A DNA stretch of 7,152 nt. Origin: Octopus sinensis (Eukaryota). The DNA lies in assembly GCF_006345805.1 (NCBI RefSeq), contig NW_021828997.1, positions 1 through 7,152 of the forward strand, written 5' to 3'. A program made the translations under genes and the position numbers. The notes under the pieces are model-generated. The model searched no databases, was not told the origin of the DNA, and saw only the letters and a program-made list of their open reading frames with translations. This document shows positions 1 through 7,152 of the stretch, in pieces; positions within the stretch are counted from its first letter, which is position 1, and every line of letters begins with the position of its first letter.

Positions 1-591
1 TACATACATACATATATATATGTAGGAATTTATATATATACACATATATGTACATACATACAAATATGCATATACATATATACATATATATATATATACA
101 TACGCACACATACACACACAGACATATATATATATATGCATATGTAAATGCTGTATATAGACTGATTAATCACACAAATACACACACACATACATACATA
201 CATACATACATAAATACATACATACATAAATACATACATACATACATACATACATACATACATACACACACACATACATACATACATACATACATAAATA
301 CATACATACATACATACATACATACATACATACATACATAAATACATACATACATACATACATACATACAATACATACATACATAATACATACATACATA
401 CCATACACACATAAATACATACATACATACACACACACACACATACAACATACATACATACATAAACACTACATACATACATACATACATACATACATAC
501 ATACATACATACATACATACATAATACATACATACATACATACATACATACAACACACACACATACATACATACATACATACACACATACA

Positions 592-625
<34 letters not shown>

Positions 626-679
626 CATACATACATATATATGTATATATATATGTAATGGAAAAATATATATATATAC
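1..679. repeat. Compound microsatellite, mainly (TACA)n with (TA)n and (CA)n interruptions
   Basis: Directly visible near-continuous tacatacataca array; explains the MYVC/HTYI ORFs in the ORF track. Confidence 0.98.
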
Positions 680-925
680 ACAGAGATTGTTCACTCACCA
701 ATTACCAATGATAAATATCCCAAACATTAGCGAAGGAAATGCATCCATGTTAATTAACAAAAATAGCTGAAAGGTATTCTGGATAAATTCTGACAATGAT
801 AAACTTAATATTTTTGAAAATGTATTTTATTTCTTCAAAATACTGGAGTCATATTTCCTTCTGTGACGCCCCGCCCGCCCCGCTCCGCCAGACACACAGG
901 GATATCATTTATGGCAAAACAGTCT

Positions 926-966
926 CACACACACACACATACATGCATACACACACAGATATACAC
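926..966. repeat. Short (CA)n/(CATA)n microsatellite
   Basis: cacacacacacacatacatgcatacacacacagatatacac. Confidence 0.85.
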
Positions 967-1051
967 AAATGCATAGAAAACATTTATATGTCACCTACAG
1001 CAGTGTTCAATTTCAAATGCGTGCACAGAAACACCAAGCGTGTATTGTATT

Positions 1052-1210
1052 GGTGCAGGCATGGTTATATGTTAAGAAGCTTGCTTCTCAACCACACAGT
1101 TCTGAGTTTAGTCCCGCTGTGTGGCACCTTGAACAAATGTCTTCTACTATAGACTTTGATGAACCAAAACTATGTGAATGGATTTGGCAGAAATTGAGAA
1201 CAGCTCTGTT
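1052..1210 (+). mobile_element. tRNA-derived SINE, CORE-like family, diverged copy 1
   Basis: tRNA-like head with degenerate B box (gagtttagtccc, 1104-1114), then gtggcaccttgaacaaatgt, resembling the CORE-SINE motif gtgaccttgggcaagt. Homologous to 5250-5412 (about 77% over a 70-nt core, hand count). Ends in a (GT)n/(TA)n tail. The family label is from recall. Confidence 0.8.
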
Positions 1211-1232
1211 GTGTGTGTGTATATATATATAG

Positions 1233-1265
<33 letters not shown>

Positions 1266-1297
1266 TATTATATATATATATATATTATATATAATAT
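1211..1297. repeat. (GT)n then (TA)n microsatellite between two convergent element tails
   Basis: Directly visible. Confidence 0.95.
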
Positions 1298-1796
1298 ATC
1301 ATTATCATCGTTTAACGTCCGCTTTCCATGCTAGCATGGGTTGGACGATTGACTGAGGACTGGTGAACCAGATGGCGCACCAGGCTCAATCTTGATCTGG
1401 CAGAGATTCTACAGCTGGATGACCTTCCTAACGCCAACCACTCCGGAGGTGTAGTGGGTGATTTTATGTGACACGACAACGGTGCCAGACGAGGCTGGCA
1501 GACGGCCACGCTCGGATGGTGTTTTTTATGTGCCACCGACACAGGTGCCAGATGAGGCTGGCAGACGGCCACGCTCGGATGGTGTTTTCGGTGTTTTCTT
1601 ATGTGCCACCGACACAGGTGCCAGACGAAGCTGGCAGACGGCCACGCTCGGATGTGTTTTTTATGTGCCACCGACACAGGTGCCAGATGAGGCTGGCAGA
1701 CGGCCACGCTCGGATGGTGTTTTCGGTGTTTTCTTATGTGCCACCGACACAGGTGCCAGACGAAGCTGGCGAACGGCCACGATCGGATGGTGTTTG
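1298..1796 (-). mobile_element. (GAT)n-tailed short non-autonomous retroelement (SINE-like, RTE-type 3' end), 5'-truncated, with internal tandem array
   Basis: The reverse complement ends ...cccatgctagcatggaaagcggacgttaaacgatgataatgat. 1307-1473 matches the reverse complement of 1995-2164 at about 92% (14 differences in 171 columns, hand aligned). No tRNA head seen. Confidence 0.85.
1465..1796. repeat. GC-rich tandem array of five 62-73 bp units containing a 135-bp higher-order duplication
   Basis: Units start (tatgtg) at 1465, 1527, 1600, 1662 and 1735 (periods 62, 73, 62, 73). 1527-1661 is nearly identical to 1662-1796. Confidence 0.95.
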
Positions 1797-1828
1797 TTAT
1801 ATATATATCTACACATATATATATATAG

Positions 1829-2175
1829 AGCGGCTAACTGGCATTCATGCCGGTGGCATGTAAAATGCACCATTCAATCGTGATCGTTAGCAGCGTTGCC
1901 TTACTGGCACTTGTGCTGGTGTGCAGATGACACTTAAAAAAACACAATTTTTTCATGGTCGTTGCCAGTACCGCCTGACTGGCCCCTGTGCAGGTGGCAC
2001 ATAAAAGCACCCACTACACTCTCAGAGTGGTTGGCGTTAGGAAGGGCATCCAGCTGTAGAAACTCTGCCAGATCAAGACTAGAGCCTGGTGCAGCCATCT
2101 GGTTCACCAGTCCTCAGTCAAATCGTCCAACTCATGCTAGCATAGAAAGCGGACGTTAAACGATTATGATGATGA
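1829..2175 (+). mobile_element. Second copy of the same (GAT)n-tailed retroelement, 5'-truncated, head-to-head with the first
   Basis: Three diverged repeat units ending in ggtggcacataaaagcacc-like motifs, then ggcgttaggaagggcatccagctgtagaaac (2033-2063) and the tail gaaagcggacgttaaacgattatgatgatga. Confidence 0.85.
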
Positions 2176-2466
2176 CATACACACATACATATATACATAT
2201 ATAATTATATACACAGATGTGTATAATTGTGTATCAAAGAATATATTACTCAAAGAAATTCCAACTTTGTCTGATTTTCACTTTTTATTTACAATCTTAT
2301 TATAATATACTATAAGATAATATGATATAATTAAATGATAGAATATTAAATGTCCATTCTGATTGACCTAGTACTTTCATGCATTAAACTATGCAATCTT
2401 CAGCTTCATATAGTAGTGGTGACAGTTATGTTTAACAATTTACAACTACACACACACTTAATTTAA

Positions 2467-2585
2467 TACTTAATTTATCGACCCTGAAAGGATGAAAGGC
2501 AATTTGAATTCAGAACATAAAGACAGACAAAATACCACTAAGTATTTCACCTGGTTTGCTAACGTTTCTGCCAGCTTGCCACCTT
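2467..2585 (-). mobile_element. tRNA-derived SINE (Meta-like central domain), 3'-truncated copy with an internal deletion of roughly 16 bp
   Basis: Homologous to 2858-2993. A-box-like tggcagaaacg and degenerate B box gaattcaaatt on the minus strand. It reads ggcaatttg where the neighbouring copies have aaagtcgac...gaatttg. Confidence 0.8.
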
Positions 2586-2587
2586 TA

Positions 2588-2993
2588 AGTATTTCTTTCT
2601 ACTCTAGGCACAAGGCCTGAAATCTTTGGGGAGGGGCTCTGTCGATTAGATTGACCCCAGTATGCAACTAGTACCTAATTTATTAACCCTAAAAGGATGA
2701 AAGACAATGTCGACCTTGCGTGGAATTTGAACTCAAAACGTAAAGACAGACAAAATGCCTATTTCTTTACTACCCACAAGGGGCTAAACAGAGAAGAGAC
2801 AAACAAGGACAGACAAATGGATTAAGTCGATTGTATCGACCCCAGTGCGTAACTGGTACTTATTTAATCGACCCCAAAAGGATGAAAAACAAAGTCGACT
2901 TGACGCAGAATTTGAACTCAGAACATAATGACAGACGAAATACTGCTAAGCATTTCGCCCAGCATGCTAACGTTTCTGCCAGCCGACCGCCTT
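2588..2993 (-). mobile_element. tRNA-derived SINE, probable dimer (full head + Meta-like domain fused to a second, head-truncated monomer)
   Basis: Minus strand: A box tggcagaaacg (2971-2981), B boxes gagttcaaatt at 2909-2919 and 2724-2734. Each B box is followed by a gtcgac...tcatccttt.ggg.tcgata...taagtacca-type block. Monomer junction at about 2760/2761. Confidence 0.8.
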
Positions 2994-3292
2994 ATTTACA
3001 GATATATTCTGTAGCACTGTGGTTCTATACAAGTTAATATAGCAAAGCAAGTGTTGAGCACTCTAAGTTAATACCTCATTTCATAGCAAGATACTGTCTT
3101 ACAGTTAACTGACGAATTGGCAGAGAGTGAGAAGGTTTAATTATTGTATGTTTGATGCTTCAGTTAATATTCAGATATGAATGCTTGAAGGGAATGGGAA
3201 ACCTTCCAGATGAAGAGCTTTTGAGTTGGGGAAAGATTCTGGAGAAGCCATGAAGAGAAATAAACATTGGACAATCAAAAGTATGTATCAGA

Positions 3293-3360
3293 GGTGCAGG
3301 TGTGATTGTGTGGTTGGCAAGTCTGATTTGAAACCTCACGGTTTTGGTTCAATCTCAGCT
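3293..3360 (+). mobile_element. Degenerate tRNA-like SINE head fragment
   Basis: ggtgcaggtgtgattgtgtgg resembles the heads at 1052 and 5250; B-box-like ggttcaatct at 3346-3355. No recognisable body. Confidence 0.4.
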
Positions 3361-3476
3361 ATAATATGTAACACATTGGTCGAGTACTATCTGGTTATAG
3401 GACTGGTTGACCAATGCGCTTTTCTGAGTGGATATATACATGCACATATATACAAATATATATACACATATCACCA

Positions 3477-3506
3477 TACTACTACTACTACTACTACTAC
3501 TACTAG

Positions 3507-3539
<33 letters not shown>

Positions 3540-3691
3540 CTCCACCACCGCCACCGCCACTACCACCACCAACACCAAACACCACCAACACCCACACCAC
3601 CACCAACAACAACACCACTAGGATTTCTACAAGTACTACCCACCACCACCACTACCACTACATCATCATCAACAACAACAACAACAGCAAC
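3477..3691. repeat. Compound trinucleotide microsatellite (TAC)n-(CAC)n-(CAT)n-(CAA)n
   Basis: About 21 TAC units at 3477-3539 with one TAG interruption, then CCA/CAA/CAT tracts. Source of the poly-T, poly-L and poly-S ORFs. Confidence 0.97.
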
Positions 3692-4020
3692 ATTTAACAT
3701 CAATCTTTTGTATTAGCATTGGCTGGATGGTTTGACAGGATCTGACTAATCTGAGGGCTGTGTTAATCTTCAGTGCCCAGTTTGGTCTGATTATATGACT
3801 GGATGTCCTTTCAAGTGTCAGTCACTTTACAGAGTGTACTGGCTGCTTCTATCATAGCACCAGCACTAGTGGAGTCACCAAGCATCTTGCAAGACAAAAC
3901 CCTCTTCATAGAGTGGGATGTAGTATTGAGAAAGGTGGCTTATAGCAAGTGTAGAGAGTCCAAAGTAGAAAAGGACAGAAACAGGTATCTTACTGTAGAG
4001 AAAATACATGGGTACCTCAG
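3692..4020 (-). mobile_element. Old, diverged copy of the (GAT)n-tailed retroelement family (different subfamily)
   Basis: tttaacatcaatcttttgtattagcattggctggatggtttgac aligns to tttaacgtccgctttccatgctagcatgggttggacgattgac (1311 onward). gactggatgtcctttcaagtgtcagtcact...gtgtactggctgctt aligns to cagctggatgaccttcctaacgccaaccact...gtgtagtgggtgatt. Extent beyond ~3900 is uncertain. Confidence 0.6.
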
Positions 4021-4458
4021 CAAAAAATAGGTTGGTAGAGGTGAGATATCAGAGTATACAGTTTTAAGACAAAAACTTAGAGCTTGTTTATAAGACATTT
4101 AGTTGCATCATCTTACACACATCTCATTAATATAAAATTATTTTTGATTACGTAGTGCAATACATACTCAAGATGCATTGTCAATAAATCATCAGAGATG
4201 TGTAACTATTACACATAGTATTTGACAATAAGTCTTGTTTGTGTAACTTGCAAGAATTGTGTAATTTGTGTAAATGAAGGTGAAACTAAATATCTTATAA
4301 ACAGTCTCATGTTTTTTGTTTTATATGCACACACACACACACATTAAATTACAAAGACAAAGAAGGAATTGAGCACATCTACCTCAGTAGAATTCCAGTG
4401 TTTCCCTGTTCAAGAGCATAGATAGCCATGTGGTCAGGCTGAGTGCTGCAGGGATCTA

Positions 4459-4886
4459 ATATATATGTATACATACATGTGCGTGTGCGTGTATGTGTGT
4501 GTGTGTGTGCATTGATAGATAGATAGATAGATAGATAGAGGATTGGATGGATAGATGGATGGATAGATGTAAAGACTGTGATACACAGACAGACATACAG
4601 ATACATGTTATACACAGACACATACACATAATTATATAGCATACATGTATGCATACATACATTATGTTACATACATACACACACACACATTCACATACGT
4701 ACATACATACACACACACTCACATACATACATCCATACATACATACATACATACATGCATACATACATACATACACAAATACATACATACATGCATACAT
4801 GCACACACACACACTCACATATACATACATACATACATACATACATACATACATACATACATACATACATACATACATACATACAT
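4459..4886. repeat. Compound microsatellite block: (TG)n, (GATA)n/(GGAT)n at 4514-4568, then (CATA)n/(CA)n
   Basis: Directly visible. Confidence 0.97.
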
Positions 4887-5249
4887 AAGGATCAGATGAA
4901 GCAAAAGCAGGAATCAGCCTGCTGTATGCAAATACGAAAGGGAAGTGCTCTCTCGATGAAGGAAATAACTTGTCAAAGAGAGAAGAAATTTAAAAAGCTC
5001 TATATATCATCTCCATCAAACACCTATCATCCGCTTCAGCTTCTCCCCCTTCTACTCAATAATTTAGCTTGTCACAGGTAATTTATATTAATTTTATATC
5101 ATTTAATAAAAGCAACAATGGTTACTTTGCAGCAAAACTTTCCATAATTTCGCCAGACAGATTGTTATTTGGTAGACGGCAACAAGAGAGAGAGCACAGT
5201 TTGAATGTATTGATTGGATGGTTACTGGTTAAGGTTTTCTCAATGTATA

Positions 5250-5412
5250 GGGGTAGGTGTAGTGGTGTGGAAGGCAGTTTGCTTCTCAGTCACATGGTTC
5301 CGGGTTCAGTCCAACTGCATGGCTCCTTGGGCGAGTGTCTTCTACTATAGCCTCAGACCAACCAAAGCCTTGTGAATGGATTTGGTAGGTGTAAACTAAA
5401 AGAAGCCCATCA
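5250..5412 (+). mobile_element. tRNA-derived SINE, CORE-like family, copy 2
   Basis: B box ggttcagtcc at 5303-5312, CORE-like ggctccttgggcgagtgtcttctactatag, (AT)n tail. Homologous to 1052-1210. Confidence 0.82.
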
Positions 5413-5470
5413 TATATATACATAAACCATAAACTTATATATATATATGTGTGTGTTTGACCATTTCAAT

Positions 5471-5664
5471 ATGTGACCGTGTGTGTATCGTTGGCGATTT
5501 TCTTTCTCCGTCTTCCCTTCCTTGGACCTTTCCTTTTTCTATGTTTCTGATGAAAAGCACCGCTCAAAACGTTAAATCCTCCTCCTTTCTTTCCTTTCCT
5601 GAGCGTCCAATAACACTATACTTGTTCCACGTCCTCACGTTGTTGTGTTTTCATGTTTGGATTA

Positions 5665-5669
<5 letters not shown>
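5471..5669 (+). mobile_element. Non-coding interspersed repeat, probably a Penelope-like element terminal (pLTR-type) fragment
   Basis: Contains a minimal-hammerhead-like motif. Pyrimidine-rich, ends abruptly (ggattaactac) at a (TA)n tract. No ORF. The family assignment is inferred from the ribozyme motif. Confidence 0.45.
5543..5577 (+). ncRNA. Degenerate minimal type I hammerhead ribozyme motif (probably inactive)
   Basis: gttt-CTGATGA-a-[a]agc-acc-gctc-[a]AAA-CGT-T-aaat. Intact CUGAUGA core (5547-5553), helix II agc/gct, palindromic ACGT helix III, helix I gttt/aaat. Two expected Gs read A (5555, 5566). Confidence 0.6.
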
Positions 5670-5703
<34 letters not shown>

Positions 5704-5805
5704 TATATATATGTATGTAATAATATAAGTAATTTATATATATGTGCATATATACATACATATATGTACATACCTACATCTACATGTACATATATATGCA
5801 AATAT
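5670..5805. repeat. (TA)n and mixed TA/TACA microsatellite
   Basis: Directly visible. Confidence 0.93.
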
Positions 5806-6045
5806 GGGTACTGGACATAAAAAAAACGTTGAACACAATGAGAAACGAAAATATTAAAAACAAAAACATGGAAGAGTACAAGACATACAACACAAGGAAT
5901 ATTCCCCTTCTTCAGTTGTCCCTGTTTTGTCTACTCCGCATTTTGAAGGTAAGGACAAGATGCGACTTCATTGAAACAGTCCTTCCTGCAAAGCAAATTA
6001 AATAAAATTTAGGATTTTACCACTTTTACCCCTCCGCAAAAAATC
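5806..6045 (-). mobile_element. Unclassified interspersed repeat abutting the (TA)n tract
   Basis: Sharp boundary gggtactggac at the microsatellite; strongly A-rich plus strand; recalled as a recurrent octopus repeat. Family and right boundary are not established. Confidence 0.35.
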
Positions 6046-6049
6046 AGAG

Positions 6050-6615
6050 ACCATTGTATGGTCTGCATCTTCACATTCACAAATGGATGATCCAGTCTTG
6101 TAGCTCCCATCCAACCAAAACAACTTTTGATCCTCTTATTCTTGTTCTCAGGCAGCTGAGTGTCTTCGCCTGAATCCATAATGCTTCTGAGACAGGAAGA
6201 AGGTCTTCAGCATGGGAAATTCCTATGACAGTGGATTAAGGGTCATTCCTAACGTTTTCCATCCAGATCTGGAGCTTGGTTTCTTTGCAAGACATTATTA
6301 AGGGCTGGACATTACCCAGAATACTTCTTCTTGATTGGTTAGGGGTTGACATCCAAGGAAGAGATAGCATTCATCACTAATAGTGTTTGTCTTGTTAACT
6401 TGACTGTCCACTTCCCATATGATATTAGCAAGGACAACGCCAGCGGGGAGATGCTGGTTGCTTGTGTGGGTGTATTTTGTGTGGCCAGAGATCAGGTGAC
6501 AGATGTTGTTCAGTGCTGGATCAAGTTTCCTTGCAAAGGTTGATATCTCCCAGACAGGATATATATACTCTGTGGAGGAATAAAACAAAGTCAGAGCAGT
6601 AAAATTTAAAGCTTT
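6050..6615 (-). mobile_element. Vingi/Ingi-like non-LTR retrotransposon fossil (post-RT C-terminal region), frameshifted and truncated at both ends
   Basis: Frame 1: KALNFTALTLFYSSTEYIYPVWEISTFARKLDPALNNICHLISGH...LPAGV...DECYLFLGCQP, matching the Vingi-type pattern LRTxALxLxYSxAEYxxPVW...LDxxLNxxxRxITG. After a frameshift: SRRSILGNVQPL...W...*...LWIQAKTLSCLRTRIRGSKVVLVGW (cf. RLKSRxxF; WKxLNRLRTGxGRxK...KWG). After a second frameshift: SSICECEDADHTM (cf. CxCG..QTM). Patterns are recalled, not searched. Confidence 0.8.
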
Positions 6616-6754
6616 GGTTACCATATCTCTGATGAAACACACTGACTTGGTTTCAATTTCCATATTCCGAATAAATGGTGATAAATTAAACAAGCAAACA
6701 ATAAAGGTTGATTAATGGTGGGAGGCAATAACAAGCGAAACACTTTTTACTCAA

Positions 6755-6964
6755 GAATTGCATAAATTAATTTTTTCTATTTTCAATTAATTTTAGAAAT
6801 AATAAAAAAATTTGTAAACTAATTTTGTTGTTATTAAGCTGATTTGGGGGACAAAAATTAGCATGAAATTATGATGTAAGGGTTAAGTCTCCATCAATTT
6901 CAAACAGGAAGTTTGTAACATAAAACTGGAGCAGTTTTGGATGGGTTGGGGTCAAAAGGGTTAA
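6755..6964. mobile_element. piggyBac-like non-autonomous element fragment with one terminus (AAAGGG|TTAA)
   Basis: aaaagggttaa at 6954-6964 is the reverse complement of TTAA|CCCTTTT, the piggyBac-type end plus TTAA target. No matching opposite terminus found; left boundary uncertain. Confidence 0.4.
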
Positions 6965-7090
6965 TGTGTGTGCTGCATCTCCTCTTACATATTCGACCTT
7001 CTCCAAGTAAGTTTATAGTTTATTATTTATTATATTATTATTTTATTAGTAGTATTAGTATTGTCCCTTTGATCCTGGTCGAAAATTTGC

Positions 7091-7132
<42 letters not shown>
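7091..7132. repeat. Perfect (TTA)14 microsatellite, with a degenerate TTA/TAG tract upstream (~7020-7062)
   Basis: Directly visible. Confidence 0.98.
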
Positions 7133-7133
<1 letters not shown>

Positions 7134-7152
7134 TTATTTCAGCTTCGCCTTG

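Noticed and set aside
30-701. Long MYVC/HTYI-repeat ORFs (also 4379-4899)
   Set aside because: Translations of stop-free (TACA)n microsatellites.
1465-1796. CRISPR-like array of regularly spaced GC-rich repeats with hairpins
   Set aside because: Units are contiguous with no unique spacers, there are no cas genes, and the array lies inside a eukaryotic retroelement.
1465-2012. HDV-like ribozyme in the repeat unit (ccagcctcgtctggcacc on the minus strand resembles HDV P3/L3)
   Set aside because: I could not build a full nested double pseudoknot: L3 is too short and there is no P1 strand directly after P3 or convincing P2. A structure-descriptor search would be needed.
1312-2159. ORFs with repeated peptides (1312-1707, 1458-1883, 1468-1863, 1661-1873, 1962-2159)
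   Set aside because: Open on both strands and in several frames because of GC-rich tandem repeats; no sign of coding constraint.
2909-2993. tRNA genes (A/B boxes here and at 1052, 3293, 5250)
   Set aside because: No cloverleaf; each continues into SINE body sequence or is degenerate.
3164-3262. Possible plus-strand terminal exon LIFRYECLKGMGNLPDEELLSWGKILEKP* followed by AATAAA
   Set aside because: Short, unrecognised peptide; the frame does not reach the GTATGT donor at 3281; no supporting partner exon.
3226-3697. Poly-Thr mucin-like, poly-Leu/Pro and poly-Ser/Gly ORFs
   Set aside because: Artefacts of the trinucleotide array, open in three frames.
4383-4455. Possible 73-nt minus-strand exon (DPCSTQPDHMAIYALEQGNTGILL)
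   Set aside because: Weak donor (GTAGAT), no pyrimidine tract, and phases incompatible with the neighbouring candidate exons.
5895-5950. Second hammerhead-like core (ctgaagaagggg on the minus strand)
   Set aside because: No downstream GAAA and no helix III or cleavage triplet in any topology.
6346-6543. Plus-strand 65-aa ORF and the first ~26 codons of ORF 6298-6693
   Set aside because: The first is antisense to the LINE fossil; the second shows no LINE similarity upstream of ~6615.

Overview
Eukaryotic, AT-rich, repeat-saturated non-coding DNA (intron or intergenic). The SINE-like families and the density of (TACA)n/(TA)n microsatellites suggest an octopus (coleoid cephalopod) genome; this is recognition from memory, not a database result. 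No intact host gene is supported. Almost all listed ORFs are translations of microsatellites or repeats. The exception is the minus-strand ORF 6298-6693, which is part of a frameshifted Vingi/Ingi-like LINE fossil (~6050-6615). Other contents: two tRNA-derived CORE-like SINEs plus a degenerate head, a cluster of tRNA/Meta-like SINEs including a probable dimer, and three copies of a (GAT)n-tailed RTE-like short retroelement. Two of those three copies sit head-to-head as a ~92% identical inverted repeat around a higher-order tandem array. There is also a Penelope-type fragment with a decayed minimal hammerhead ribozyme and a solo piggyBac-like end. The most interesting items are the inverted pair (potential dsRNA/ADAR substrate), the hammerhead fossil and the internal VNTR. 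I do not see a clearly new biological system.
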